A stretch of DNA of 64,000 bases, from the NCBI GenBank assembly GCA_038087875.1, contig CM075982.1:17546001-17610000 (forward strand). Direction: 5' to 3'. The stretch is from Malacoraja senta (lineage: Eukaryota). Under the pieces are notes generated by a model. The model had not been told where the DNA came from, ran no database searches, and saw nothing but the letters and a program-made list of their open reading frames with translations. A program made the position numbers and the translations under genes. Below, in pieces: positions 39,277 to 53,664 of this stretch; position 1 is the stretch's first letter, and every line of letters starts with the position of its first letter.

Positions 39277-39503
39277 TTAAGAAAGAACTGCAGATGCTGG
39301 AAAAATCAAAGGTAGACAAAAATGCTGGAGAAACTCAGCGGGTGAGGCAGCATCTATGGAGCGAAGGAATAGGCGACTTTTCGGGTCGAGACCCTTCTTC
39401 AGACTCAATGTCTGAAGAAGGGTCTTGACCCGAAACGTCACCTATTCCTTCGCTCCATTGATGCTGCCTCACCGGCAGAGTTTCTCCAGCATTTTTGTCT
39501 ACC
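39277..39503 (-). mobile_element. Self-inverted Penelope-terminus mini-element with 14-bp TSD and two hammerhead-like cores
   Basis: TSD ACCAAGAACAATGC at 39263-39276 and 39504-39517. CTGAAGA occurs on + at 39412-39418 and on - at 39396-39402. Confidence 0.88.
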
Positions 39504-40015
39504 ACCAAGAACAATGCAGTTGGATACTGGCACCAATCCTGGATTTTATAACCAACAAACAAGCTTGGTCTTTTTTTTTTTGAATCATAAGCAGGATTTG
39601 TATTTGAATTGCCAGAGAACATTTCAACTGATCATTAACTTGAAAATGTTAATGCTGTTTTGTTCTCCAAATACATCGCCTGATTCTTTGAGTACTTCCA
39701 ATATTCTCTGCAGCACCTGCAACCTTTTCTTTTACACACATTTTGGCCACGGAATAACTTCTGGCAGTCTCTAAACACTAGAATAAGTTTTATCAACTTT
39801 CTTTTCATTAAAATGCACTGTACAGACTTCAAATTGGTCCGATTCAAATATAGTATATACTGCTGCTTCAAAACTGGGTACATTTTGCTAAGATGCTAAA
39901 CAGCATGGGACCTGGTCTTGAATCAGTTTGTTCTAGATTCAAGTGCGACACTCCCTGGCTAGGGGCATTAAGTATCCAGCCAGTTCAGTTTTACACAGCC
40001 AATAAATGCAGTCCT

Positions 40016-40017
<2 letters not shown>

Positions 40018-40046
<29 letters not shown>
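40018..40046 (+). repeat. (CA)n microsatellite
   Basis: Seen directly in the sequence. Confidence 0.95.
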
Positions 40047-40050
<4 letters not shown>

Positions 40051-40859
40051 GAATCTGTCCCTCTCATGAATCCGATTCCACTGGTTTAATCTGAAAGAAA
40101 ATTTTGCAAAAATGTTTTTCCCAGTGCCTAGAGTGGTCCAAACTGCCATATTCATCTATAAATAAACTTCTGAAAATCAAACACTTGACGGATGACATAT
40201 TTTATGCCCCGGCAGCAAGGAATTATATTCCATTACGTTGATCATATCTTGTGTATCTTCATAAATCTCAAATACATTCAACTCAATTTTATCATGGCTA
40301 TTTTTTAAGAAGTTAATCAGTACATCATTAATTGCTCCATCTATTCACTCGAGACTCGTTAATTTTTAACTTCTACCTCCAGACCCTCATAGTGCAGGCT
40401 TCCTCTGCTTTCATCTATGTTAACTGTGCCTTCCAGCATTTCAAAGCCCTCTGGCATGCAGCCTTTTATCATCTCTCAAGCTGGAAAAAAGTAGTTGCAA
40501 TTTTGAGAATCTCCCTTCCCTTTTTTTTTCCTGGTTATTTGGTGCTGTTTCCATGAAAGGAACAGAAATAATAATTACTGGATATATATAATTGTGTGAG
40601 ACCTCAAACGACAATTTTAGAAGCAGTTTTAGTCAGATTTTCACTGAGAATTGAGTAAACAGTAAAAAAAAGTAAACAATAATGGTAACTTGGATTCCAC
40701 GTTGTGCAGATTATTATTTGCTTGTCTTTAAAATGGATAAAATGTTACTCGAAAGGCTAGCTGTATTTAAAGTGGATAAATATCCAGGTCCTTGGCATGC
40801 AGATTGTTGAGGGTAAAAGATAAGAGGAAATTGCAGAGATCGCAGCCATATTCTTCCAA

Positions 40860-42808
40860 NNNNNNNNNNNNNNNNNNNNNNNNNNNNNNNNNNNNNNNNN
40901 NNNNNNNNNNNNNNNNNNNNNNNNNNNNNNNNNNNNNNNNNNNNNNNNNNNNNNNNNNNNNNNNNNNNNNNNNNNNNNNNNNNNNNNNNNNNNNNNNNNN
41001 NNNNNNNNNNNNNNNNNNNNNNNNNNNNNNNNNNNNNNNNNNNNNNNNNNNNNNNNNNNNNNNNNNNNNNNNNNNNNNNNNNNNNNNNNNNNNNNNNNNN
41101 NNNNNNNNNNNNNNNNNNTATCCTTACTATTACATCTATCTATCCTTACAATTACATCTATCTATCTATCCTTACTATTACATCCATCCATCTATCTACG
41201 GGATCCCATATATTCCTGCAATGATGCCAAAACGATACACGATAGCACTAAAATTTTGCACCACCTTACTCACCATTGTCCTGTGGTAGTCTGTATCAGG
41301 TTTCGTTCAGATTGAGGTTATATTTCAAAAGTTATTCATAATTTTTAACTCTAGAAATTCAAGTTTAAGAATAATGTAGCAGCTAAAATCCTTGCTGGCC
41401 CAGCTTGCAACAAAGTAGCAATCACTCAGTCCTTCCAGCAGGTTTTTAGCTGAACAAGACGGGGAGGGGGCAATTGCATTATTTTTTTAAGTCCCCGAAG
41501 CANNNNNNNNNNNNNNNNNNNNNNNNNNNNNNNNNNNNNNNNNNNNNNNNNNNNNNNNNNNNNNNNNNNNNNNNNNNNNNNNNNNNNNNNNNNNNNNNNN
41601 NNNNNNNNNNNNNNNNNNNNNNNNNNNNNNNNNNNNNNNNNNNNNNNNNNNNNNNNNNNNGGGTGGGTGGGTGTACGGCATTTTGTCTTTGATTCGTTAC
41701 TCCGCGAAAACCAGACGCAAAAACGCCGAGATTTTTACCATTTCGCTAGCGATTTTACATTTACATTCGCACATCCACTCCTTGGTCAATTATTTCCCCA
41801 GATTGAGTAAAATTGATCACGCAACTCAAACAAAACTCAATTTTTAAGATCTAAACGGCTCTTACCAGCTGCTGACGTCACAATGCCCACATGCCAACCA
41901 ATCCAAGCCGCTTCTCTCTCTCTCTTCTTGGCAGCCTGGCTCTCCTCCATTCCCCCCCCACTCCAAGTACGCTCGCGCCACGCATCCCGCAGCTCCCACA
42001 GCCCGCCCGCTCACTCCAACCCCCCCTCCCCCTTCTCAAAATGCTCTGCAAATCGGGAGGTCACCGGCTTGAACATGGTGGCAGCAGTTATTGTCGCGCG
42101 GGGCATAAAGGGCCTGTCCCACCACAATGCGATTGCATGCGTCTAGCGCGACCAAACGTTGTCGCTTGAGGCGTACGGCCGCGCGGGGCCGGTCCCAATT
42201 CGAACCGCGGAGGAGTATGGAGTTGTGCGGGGCTGGTCCCGACATCATACTCACCAATCAGCTAGGCAAGAGGCGGGCCGACTGAATTTGGACGTCGCAT
42301 GGCGTCGGGCAGTGACATAATCACGCAACGGCACGCCGGGCCGTGATGTCATTGCACAACGCCACGCGCTAGGCGTACGCCTTCAAGACGCTGCGTACGC
42401 TGTTGGCGCGCGGGATTTTCGGACAGTGTAAGATTTTTGGAGCCCCACGTGATGTCGGGACCAGCCCCGCACAACTCCATACGCCACCGCCGATCAAAGT
42501 GGGACCGGCCCCGCGAGGCCGTTCCCCCCCTCCCTGTTCCCCCCTTCCCTGCCCCCCTCCCTGTTCCCCCCTCCGTTTCACCCCCTCCCTGTTCCCCCCC
42601 TCTCTCCCCTCCCCCCTCNNNNNNNNNNNNNNNNNNNNNNNNNNNNNNNNNNNNNNNNNNNNNNNNNNNNNNNNNNNNNNNNNNNNNNNNNNNNNNNNNN
42701 NNNNNNNNNNNNNNNNNNNNNNNNNNNNNNNNNNNNNNNNNNNNNNNNNNNNNNNNNNNNNNNNNNNNNNNNNNNNNNNNNNNNNNNNNNNNNNNNNNNN
42801 NNNNNNNN
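40860..42808. other. Three assembly gaps (40860-41118, 41503-41660, 42619-42808)
   Basis: N runs, mostly flanked by low-complexity sequence. Confidence 0.99.
42109..42520. mobile_element. Harbinger-like MITE, third (CpG-rich) subfamily; right end not recovered
   Basis: TAA followed by AGGGCCTGTCCCAC; internal inverted arms (~42180-42245 versus ~42455-42520). Confidence 0.75.
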
Positions 42809-44074
42809 TCCCACCTTGTCACCCATTCCTTCTCTCCGGAGACGCTGCTTGTCCCGCTGAATTACTCCAGCTTTTTGTGTCTTTCTAATGTTACACTCTT
42901 ATTCAGTAAGGGGTGCAGGGATAAACTTATCTTCGATGGTGTGGAAGGTTCTAGAAACAATGAGGGACAGATTTAGCAGCTACTTGGAAAAAGGTACACT
43001 GATTAAAGAAAGCTTGCATGAACTTGTTACAGGCAGATCATATCCAACTAACTTGACAGCGTATATTGATGCAGTAATTGTGTGCGCCAAAAATAAAAAT
43101 ATGATTGATGTGGTAATATACATCTTGAAAGGGTGCTTGATAAAATGCCACACAATGCAGTTGTCATTCAAACTGATGGCATTGGAACCAAAGGGACTGC
43201 AGCAGTATGGATTGAGAAATCATTAAATAGGAGGAAGTAAAGAAGATTTTATTGGACAGGAGAAAAATTTACACCATTTTCCAGATGTCAGTATCAGTAT
43301 CAGGAACACTGTTCAATTGTAGGGAAAATTGGCTAACTCTACCTACATTAGAAAGCTGAGCAACTTTACGGGTGGAAACAGTTTGTGGCCCTGGAAAATG
43401 GCAAAAAGCTTAACGTTCCCAGTATGTCCTGATAGAACCAAGGGCCCTGACAAAGTACCAGGTGTGAGAACAGAGAAAGGGTGAAATGTCACCCATTCCT
43501 TCTATCCAGAGATGCTGCCTGTCCCGCTGAATTACTCCAACATTTTGTGTCTTTCTTCGCTTTAAACCAGCATCTGCAGTTCCTTCCTACAACAAAGAGT
43601 GATCCTTGTGATTTGGGCTGTCTAAATAAAAGTTAGAATATCCATAATACAGTCACAAAATAGAGGCTCCATCTCTGCACTTCTACCAGAAAGTCTGTAG
43701 ATATGCTAACATTTAAAAAAATAGAATGAACACTTTGTCATGCAAACAAGCAAAACTGCAAAATTGAAAAATCTGCTAAAATTTGTCAATGCTTTCGGAA
43801 AGCACTGAGCACTCAAATGAAATAAATAATTAAAATATTTTAAAGGTTTATTTAAAATTAAATTGAATCTGAAAATACCAATTATTAATAATAATCCTAG
43901 AATCAATTATCTGTAATTTTTTTCACAGCCATCACATTTCCATTGAGATGGATGGATCTGAACAGATACCCCACTGTAAAAGCTGAGACGTGACTGAGGG
44001 GTGACCAAGGACCGATCGACACAGCAGTGGAGTGCAGTTGCAAGATCAGGGCTTGTCTAATGCAATAGGGTGCA

Positions 44075-44338
44075 GCACAGTGGGGCGGCAACAGAGACCC
44101 GGGTTCGATCCTGACTATGGGTGTTGTAAGTATGGAGTTTGTACGTTCTCCCCGTGACCGTGTGCGCCGCTTTCCTCCCACACTCCAAAGATGTATAGTT
44201 TTGTAGGTTAATTGACTTCGGTAAAATTGCAAATTGTCCCCAGTTTGTGTAGGATAGTGCCATTGTGTGGGGATCACTGGTCGGCGAGGACTCGTTGGGC
44301 CGAAGGGCCTGTTTCAGCGCTGTATTTCTAAACTAAAC
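44075..44338 (+). mobile_element. V-SINE (HE1-like)
   Basis: Family motifs as above. Confidence 0.85.
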
Positions 44339-45055
44339 AAGAGTCTTGAACCAGCCAGCATTTGCAAGGGTTAACAAGAGCAATTTAAAATCTGAGCCGC
44401 TAGAGATACATTAAATACTATTTTTCTTTCATGAATGTAGGAGGACAGAAAACATTGCCAAGTGACCTGAGCGTGGATGATATGCCTGTCAAATAAGCAG
44501 TGGGTGATGTATGTGTGTCTGCGAGTTAGCTCGCTCTATTTACTCCGGGTGCTTCAACCATAGTATAAAAGTGTTTTTTGTAAGGGCTTTGACATTCTTC
44601 CTATTTTAGTATTCATGCATGGAGGTTATGAAAGAAGACAGCCCCAGCACTTCATTTGCTTTTTAAACCTCTATGCTATGTACTATAAATATTAATGCAA
44701 TTCTCATGAAACTGTGTAAAAATATGAAATCCAGGTGAAGGAATTCTGCTGAGTTAAGGAACATGCAAGTTTATTTTGCAGTTTCTCAGTGAAATGTAGA
44801 TAAAATTGAAATAATAATCACAATGAACATTTCCAAGTTCATTTTAAAATTAGACAAATTGCCAGCCAGCTATTAAATTATTCCAAGGATAGAAGGCAGC
44901 CAAGATAAATAGACTCTGACGTTGGGCCTCAAGTTTTTTAAACTCTAGTGCCTAGTTTTATCTGACAGCAGTAGGTAATGAGTACTGGTGACATGCTGCA
45001 CATAATCTGAAGTTTGAAGAAACACCCTAACCACATCAAATACCATGTCCCAGAT

Positions 45056-45370
45056 ATTTTAGTTCAGCTTAGTTTAGAGATATAGCATGGAAACAGGCTC
45101 TTCGGCCCAATGAGTCCACGCTAACCAGCAATCCCCGCACGCTAACACTATCCTACGCACACTTGGGACCATTTACCATTTTACCAACCCAATTAGCCCA
45201 CAAACCTGTATGTCTTTGGAGTTTGGGAGGAAACTGGAGCTCCTAGAGAAAACTCACCCAGGTCACGGGGAGATCGTACACACTCCCACAGACAACACCT
45301 GTAGTCAGGATTGACCCCGGGTTTCTGGTGCTTTAAGGTAGGAACCCTACCGCTGCGCCACCGTGCCGCC
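45056..45370 (-). mobile_element. V-SINE (HE1-like), full length
   Basis: Minus-strand head ggcggcacggtggcgcagcggtag, V-core and tail. Confidence 0.88.
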
Positions 45371-45659
45371 CGATATGTCGGCAGATAAACCCACGACCGG
45401 GTATCCCTGAGCAATGGTGTTCTGCGATGCATGTCCCTGGGACAGGGACATGCACTGCATCAGGGAGCTCCTCAATGCGCTACCTGGCACAGCATCAACT
45501 TCTGCAGAGGTCAGCGCTCAGATTAGTAAACGCCTGCCTTCCGAGCTTGTGAAAGGCTAGAAATGGCAGGTGCTCCAATTCCATGAAAATGAAAGGAAGA
45601 AATTACTGCCAGGAGAATAACAAACAGAGCTTTGAATTTCATTTAATTAACTTATGTCT

Positions 45660-45998
45660 ACTGGCAGCACAGTGGTAAAGCTGAGAGCAGCTTCTCACAG
45701 TGCCAGAGACCTGGATTCAATCTTGACCTTTGTATAAATTTTGCACATTCTCCTAATGACCACGTGGATTTCTTCCAACATCCCAAAGACAGATAGTTGG
45801 TAGCTTCATTGGCCACCGTAAAATGGTTCTAGTGTGCAGCTAAGAGTTAGAAGCTTTAGTCTAGTTTAGTGACACTTAAATCTGATGGGATTTGATGAAA
45901 ATGCAGGAAAAATAAAAAGGGATTAATGTAGAATTGGTGTAAACGGATGGCTGATGGTCCGCGTGGACTTAGTGGGCCAAAGGGCCTGACTCCATGTT
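45660..45998 (+). mobile_element. V-SINE, older diverged copy
   Basis: ggcagcacagtgg..ggattcaatcttgacc..gggccaaagggcctg. Confidence 0.7.
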
Positions 45999-48914
45999 TA
46001 ATCTTTCAATCATTTCAATCAAGCAGTCAATGCTCATCCTCAGTTTTCCCTACCTCCCCCCCCCCATCACATAACCCATGGGACTGCACTAATCATTCTT
46101 GGGCCCATGAGGTAGATCCATTTGCAAGAGGTGATCAAGCCTCAGGGTGCAGATCCTGAGACCCCCAACGCTAGACTGGCCTGACAAAACTGTGCAAAAC
46201 ATTTTAAATTATTTTTGAAATGTCTTCAATAATCAGATATTTAATAACATTTGACAAAGGAATGAATTAATTCTCAAAACTAAAAAGTTAAACAATTTAA
46301 AACACTTAACTGATATAAATTAAAGTGAAAGGAAACTTTAAATTGAAATTGAAGATATTAAAATGAGTGGAAGGGTGGCATAAAGCCAAAAATCCATGTA
46401 TGGTGCATCCAGCCGGTCAGTTTAGCATGAGTGAGCTCCGTCCCTGGAGTCTGTGCATCTGACCTCCAACATGTTCTGTACTTACACAAACCAATGCTGT
46501 CTGTTGGCAGTTTTCGACACAACCACTTAATGAAGAGAAGCACAGCCCGTCAGTTTACATTCAGGACTCTGCAGTTCAGCAGGTATCCTGTTCCAAGATG
46601 AACAGTCTCTGAATAACAAGACACAGCTAATGCTTTCAGCATTATTTGGGTCTCAAAAGAGAGTTTCTCACCTTGCCTTGTAATTACCATCTGTGTGCTT
46701 AATAATCCATAACTCAGCACAGATGCTTGTAAAGCTAACGTGCATAATGCAATTTTTTTTGCTTTAAAACTTGTATTTACAGGTAGTCTATCTCCAAGTC
46801 CATTCTGTGGAAAATTTGTGAAATAATCAAAATTATAAATTTATATTTAACTTACAATTTATATTTAACTTGGAGGATGCAAGATTATAGGGATAATCAT
46901 CCATTGAAAAACTATGAATTGCATTCTGAACTTCTAATGCATGTTCAGAAGGTGATGCTCACTCAAGGAATGCAAAAATCAAAATATTATCATTGGTACC
47001 ACTGTGAAACCATAAATCAAACACCAAGAGTACTTCAACATTCACTGGGATCGAACCCACTGCCACATGGAACATATCGACAATACTCAAGACAACATTC
47101 ACCATCTGTGATGACATGACAATCTCATACAGGACTTAGGAAATGGGTTCTTAAAATCATATCAAGCAAACCAATATACCCACCCTATCCAAGCCATCCC
47201 TTATTATTGCAACTGAAACAACTATTGTTAATATTTTGAAGTGTATTATCTTTATGATTTCCTGACACTGGTATTTTCTGGTTGCTGGAGGCATCAAATA
47301 ACTATCTTCATTTCACCTGAGGCAATTGTACCTGAACACTGCTGCCAGTTCAAATCAAAGGAATAGAAACGTTTCAACTATGACTAGCCTTCAAAAAGCA
47401 CTGTAAAGTGTTTTAGTACATGCAGCTATTGTGCAAAGCTTTAATTTTCTTCAAAGTCTGGAGTCTGCCTTATTGTCAGAGTTGCTGTGATTTCCTATTG
47501 GTCATGGCTATAAATGGAATAATCAGAGGACAGAGCTATGAAATGGCATGCACCAATAACCTGATCACTGATGCTGTTTTCCTTTTGTCAGGAACACATG
47601 ATTTACGAGTATTGGTGGCCGCCTAAAGATTGTTAATGTGTCATGGCAAACAAGGAGGCCTTTACTGGAATCCAACCTTTAGACATTGTTCTACAGCTAT
47701 CAAATGGATCTGGTTGGGTTGTATGCAGAGTACTGATGGCAGTTATGGACACCACACCGTAGGAAATATATAATGGCTTTGGAGGGAGTGTAAAATCTTT
47801 ACCAAAGCAAGAACTGGATTCTGCGGGCTAAATTAAGAGGAGAGATTTTTCAAACAAGGATTGTATTCTCAGGAGTTCGGAAAATTCAGGGGCACTATGC
47901 TCCAGGTTTTCAGGACGTTAAGGACATGTATGGGTTACTCGAAGGGAAACTTGTTCTGTCGATGGGGAAGCCTGTCTTTCAGAAGCAAAGAGAAGAAACT
48001 TGTTTTTCTTGTTCTTTACTTTACTCAATAATAAGGGCCTAAAGTACAACATTAAAACATGCTATCTGCAGAATTATTAATGTGGTAAGGAAACAGTGTG
48101 ATTGGTCCGTTTGTGGTGATATAAAAGGACATCTGCTTGCTGCAGGATTCTCTTGTACCATGTGGGATATGTAATTTATAGTGATATCAGGGCACATTAT
48201 CAGTCGGAATGTATCTCCTGTAGGTGGTAACATCAAGATTGGCTCGGGGATAGTGACACTGACACTTGGAGACAGCCGAATAGAAAATATTGGCTGCATG
48301 AGACCTGTTTTGAACGCAACACTTACATCCAAGAAGGCAGCTTCAAATTACAATCAAGAGGATACAGTAGATCGTACAATATCAGAAAATTGTAAACCTC
48401 CCAGCTAAGCAAAACAGCAGATCTGATTCAGTCCTCCAAATTCAGGAATATCACGACAACTTTCATGAGAAAGTACATCTTTAAGACTGAGCACTAATGA
48501 CAGGCAATGCTCATTGACTAGAATTTTTTGTTTAAATGGGCAGAAACTTTAACATCTATTAGTGAGGAGGGAACTACCATCTACTATTGGGCCAAAACTT
48601 TAACATCTATTCGTGAGGCGGCAACAGACTGCCACTAGTAAATATTTTTAATGAGTCAATTGAAACCGTGAAAACAGTTAATTTGCTGTCAAATTGCAAA
48701 GCAACTGGAATAAGTGCTGAAGCAGGCATCTACAGTTGTGAAGGCTCACACCATGCCAGAGGTTTCCTTGTATTTCTGAAACTGGCTGAAATTTTCCAGT
48801 TAACATGAACCCAAGGAACAATAGCGTGAAAGTAAAATTATGCATCGAGTGCCCATTCTATAAATGGAAGAATAAAAGAACATCCTGGGACAATTGCTGA
48901 AGTAGCTCCTTGCT

Positions 48915-51665
48915 GTCATAAGGCCATAAGGGATAGGAGTAGAATTAGGCCATTCGGCACATCGTCTACTCCGCCATTCAATCATGGCTGATCTATCTCT
49001 CTCTCTCCTGACCCCATTCTCCTGCCTTCTCCCCATAACCTCTTGCACCTGCACTATTCAAGAATCTATCCATCATTGCCTTAAAAATATCTACTGACTT
49101 AGCCTCCACAGCATTCTGTGGCGAAGAATTCCACAGATTCACCACCCTCTGACTAAAGAAATTTCTTCTCATCTCCTTCCGAAAAGAATGTCTTTTAATT
49201 CTGAGGCTATGACCTCTTGTCCTGGACTCTCCCACTAGTGGAAACATCCTCTCCACATCCACTCTATCCAAGCCTTTCACTATTCTGTATGTTTCAATGA
49301 GGTCCCCCCTCATTCTTCTAAACTCCATGGAGTACAGGCCCAGTGCTGACAAACGCTCATCATAGGTTAACCTACTCATTCCTGGGGTCATTCTGGTAAA
49401 CCTCCTCTTTGGTCCCTCTAGAGCCAGCACATCCTTCCTCAGATATGGTGCCCAAAATTGCTCTCACAATATTCCAAATGTGGCTTTACGAGCACCTTTT
49501 GAACCTCAACATTACATCCCTGTTTTTGTATACAAGCCCTCTTGAAATAAATGCTAGCATTGAGTTTGCATTCTTTACTACTGATTCAACTTGCAGATTA
49601 ACTTTTTGGGAATCCTGAACGAGCACTCCCAAGTCCCTTTGCACCTCCGATTTCTGGATTCTCATCCCATTTAATAAAAATAGTCTACACCTTTATTCCT
49701 ACTACCAAAATGCATGACTACACATTTTGCTACACTATATTCCATCTGCCACTTCTCTGCCCAATCTCCCAACCTGTCCAAGTCCTTCTGCGGAGTCGTG
49801 GCTTTCTCTATACAACCTGCTCCACCTATTTTCATATTAGCTGCAAACTTTGCCACAAAGCCTTTAATCCCCTTGTCCAAATCATTGATATAGAACGTGA
49901 AGAGTAGCGGCCCCAGCACCAACCCTTGTGGAACTCCACTAATCACTGGCAGCCAACCAGAAAAAGCCCCCTTTATTGCCACTCTTTGGCGTCTGCCATC
50001 CAACCAACCTGCTATCCATGCTAGTATTTGCCCTTTGATACCGTGGGGTCTCATCTTCCTTAACAGCCTAACATGTCACCTTATCAAAGGCATTCTGAAA
50101 TTCTAAGCAAACAACATCAACTGACTCACCTTTCTCTGTCCTGCTATTTACGTCTTCAAAGAATTCCAGCAAATTTGTCAAGCAAAACCTCCCCCTCACA
50201 AATCCATGCTGACCAGCTTATTTTATCGTGAACTTCTAAATACACTCCGTAACCTCATCCTTTATAATGGGCTCTAAAATCTTACCAACCACCAAAGTCA
50301 GATTAACCAACCTATAGTTCCCACTATTCTGCCTTGCTCCCTTCTTGTGCAGCGGGGTAATATTGGCAATTTTCCAATCATCTGGGACCACTCCTGACTC
50401 TAGTGATTCTTGAAATATCACTATCAATACCTTCACAATCTCTAAAGCCACACATTTCAGAACCCTAGGGTGTAGTCCATCCGGTCCAGGTGACTTATCC
50501 ATCTTCAGCCCTTTCAGCTTCCCAAGCACCTTCTCCCTAATAATAGCCACTCCACTAACTTCCACCCCGACTCTCTTGAATTTTAGGCAAGTTGCTGTTG
50601 TCTTGTGTAGACTGATGCAAAAAAGTTATTCAACTCCTCTGCCATATCTTTATTCCCCATTATCACTTCTCCTGCATCATTCTCCAGCGGTCCAACGCCC
50701 ACTCTTGCCTCTTTCTTGCTCTTTATATAGCTGAAGAAACTCTTGCTATCCTCTTTCACATTATTGGCTAGCTTACCTTCGTATTTCATCTTTTCACCCC
50801 GCTTTTCCCTTGCCTTTTAGTTACCTTCTGTTGTTCTTTAAAAGCTTCCCAATCCTCTGGCTTCCCACTAATCTTTGCTATGTATACGCCTTCTCTTTTA
50901 TTTTTATACGGTCCTTGACTTCTCTTGTCAGCCATGGTCGCCTTTCTCCCCATAGAATCTTTCTTTGTCTTTGGAATGAAAAGATCTTGCATCTTCCGGA
51001 TTATTCCCAGAAATTCCTGCCATTGCTGTTCCACCGACATCCTTGCTAGGGTTCCTTTCCAGTCAACTTTGGCCAGCTCCTCCCTCATTCCTTTGTAGTC
51101 CACTTTGCCCAGCTGCAATACTGACACATCCGTTATCACCTTCATCCTCTCAAATTACAGATTAAAATGTATCATATTGTGGTCGCTACCTCCTAATGGT
51201 TCCTTTACTTGAGTTCCCTTATCAATTCCCGTTCATTACACAACACTAAAACCAAAATTGCCTCTTCCCTGGTAGGCTCCACTACAAGCTGCTCTAAGGA
51301 TCCATCTTAGAGACACTCTACAAATTCCCTTTCTTGGGGTCCAGTACCAACCTGGTTTTCCCAGTCTACCTGCATATTGAAATCTCCCATGACCATAGCA
51401 TTGCCTTTTTTACATGCCAATTTAACCCCTGATGGTAACGTGCACCCTATATCCTGGCTACTGTTTGGGGGCCTGTAAATGACTCCCATTAGGGTCTTTT
51501 TACTCTTATAATTTCTCAGCTCTATCCACAATGACTCTACATCTTCCGATCCTATGTCACCCCTGTATAAGGACTGAATTTCATTCCTAACCAACAGAGC
51601 TACCCCACCCCCTCTGCCCACCTCTCTGTCATTCCGATATGACGTATAACCCTGAATATTCACCA
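48915..51665 (-). mobile_element. CR1-like LINE ORF2 (endonuclease and RT), fragmented, about 2.75 kb
   Basis: Collinear ORFs: GGGVALLV/YRPP/MGDFN, KSPGPDGLHPRVLK, SGVPQG..LGPLLF..YINDL..KFA, RMRGDLIETY, then the 3' tail. Confidence 0.93.
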
Positions 51666-53664
51666 AGCAATATCAATAGCCGATAAAATCATTGACAGAA
51701 CTCTGCTGCATTGTCAAATACAACACTTGTACGTCTGTCTGAGAGACGCTACAGTCTCAGGAACGAAGGAGTCCAGGTACGATGCTCCAAGTTTGTCGAC
51801 CTACAGAGAAATGCCAGAAACAAAACTGAAAAACTTTACATGACTCACTGACCTGACAAAGGAATTTGGTGCACTCAGCTAAGATGGTCTGAATCAAGAC
51901 AAAGTTTGTTTGCTTGGTGAATTTCATTGTAATGCAATCCCATGCTTGCATGTTTGCTCGCATTTTTCACAAAGATCAATGGGGATTTTATACCCAATCA
52001 TCAATTAAATTTGTGTGTTGCTGCATTGGTACTAATTTTCATGACGTCCTCTGCCATGCTTAAAGAGGCCATTTGTGACTGGGATATTGAGTATTGCATT
52101 CAATACCACTCATAAGCTCCTCAATTTGAGGGAAGTAAACACCAAAGCAAAATTAAATGGTTGTCTTGAAGGATCTGAATCAAATCCTTCAACTAACCTA
52201 TGGGTTTTCTATCCCACATGTAGAAAATGGTCAGATCTTCCACATAGCTCATGTTGACCCAGCCAAATAGTCCATGATTCTGCACAGATGATGTTGCTGA
52301 TGAAATCTACACCAAGAAAATAAAACACTAACCCAGTCACGGGAAAAATCTCTTGTGATTCTTCCAACTGGCTAAGACGGTGAAACAGGCAATAATGAGT
52401 AGAGGAGAATTGACGCAGTGCAAATCTCAAAACTGCGTTCTATCTGTTGTTATTCACACTGAATCACATCGCTTGCCTAATGCACTGTAGATAGTTTAAA
52501 GCACCAGTTGACCTGATCAATCATTCATGTGTTCACAGAAACAAAACTAACCAATGATGTCATGGTTGCGCTCAAACCCAAAGGGCAAAAAACAAATTGG
52601 TGCATTGTATGAACTAATAGGGCCAATGATGGTAAAGGGAGGGTTTATGCTTCAAGGGTAGCTATAATAATTCATCAACATTTGTTTCCAATTATTCCTC
52701 AAATGGATCTAAACAGCACCAAGTACATAATATACTTGTTAACAGGTTTAATTACAGCATAATTTTAATAGGATCTAACGTGATAGCATCATATTTAGTA
52801 GGCTCCATAATTATGGTATGAACGTTGCAATTATAGATTTTGCAACAATCACTGTAATTGCATTCCAGAACAAATATAGCTTTATTTTTAAATCTACCTT
52901 TACTACACAGAGCAAGGTATAGAGCAACAAAATCAGCAACATCTCACTTGCCTGTAGAGACAGACAAATCTGATGTATTTTCAGCTGTTATCAATAAGTA
53001 AAGCCAAGGAATGTTAATTCCTATTGGAAATCCTTATATCAAAGACGGCATAAAGTAAATTAAGTAACCCAAGAACTCTGAAGCTAGTTGCATTACAAAA
53101 TGCCTTTGCTGAAAAAAATTGAAACTTTTTCCAGAAGATAGATAAGCAAACCCACTGAGGTGGTTTCTAAGCAGCCAATTAATACTTTGAAACCTCAGAA
53201 CAATTTCATAACATAACTGAATATGCAGGTACAATGAAAATACCAAATCCATCAAAAAATGTATGGTTTTACAAACTTGGGATCAAAGCTTGATGGAACA
53301 TTGACTTAAGATTGTGCCAGTCATTGGTGTTTCAAGAATCACACCAGTCACCAATGATAAGGACATCAATTATCTAATTCAAATCCAAGTCATGATTTTG
53401 CTTTAAAAGTCCAACTAGAGCCATCTCCCTTATTATGAACCATAACATTTGCTTGTAAGGAACAATTTTCTCATATTTGCAAATACGGTAAAATTAAGTG
53501 TAAAATTCAAAATATGAACACAGTATGACAATAAACTCTCTTGACTTGACTGTATGTTTCTGTACATGTTGCGATCATCATGCAGCCACTTAACGTACAC
53601 TAGCCTTTTTTCCTGTTTATTTCCTTCACCTGCATATGCAAGAACCAACATTGTACTATGAATT

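Noticed and set aside
40792-42976. Long ORFs containing X runs
   Set aside because: They are open only because they span N gaps.
45300-45370. tRNA-like A/B boxes
   Set aside because: This is a SINE head continuing into the V-core and LINE tail, not a tRNA gene.
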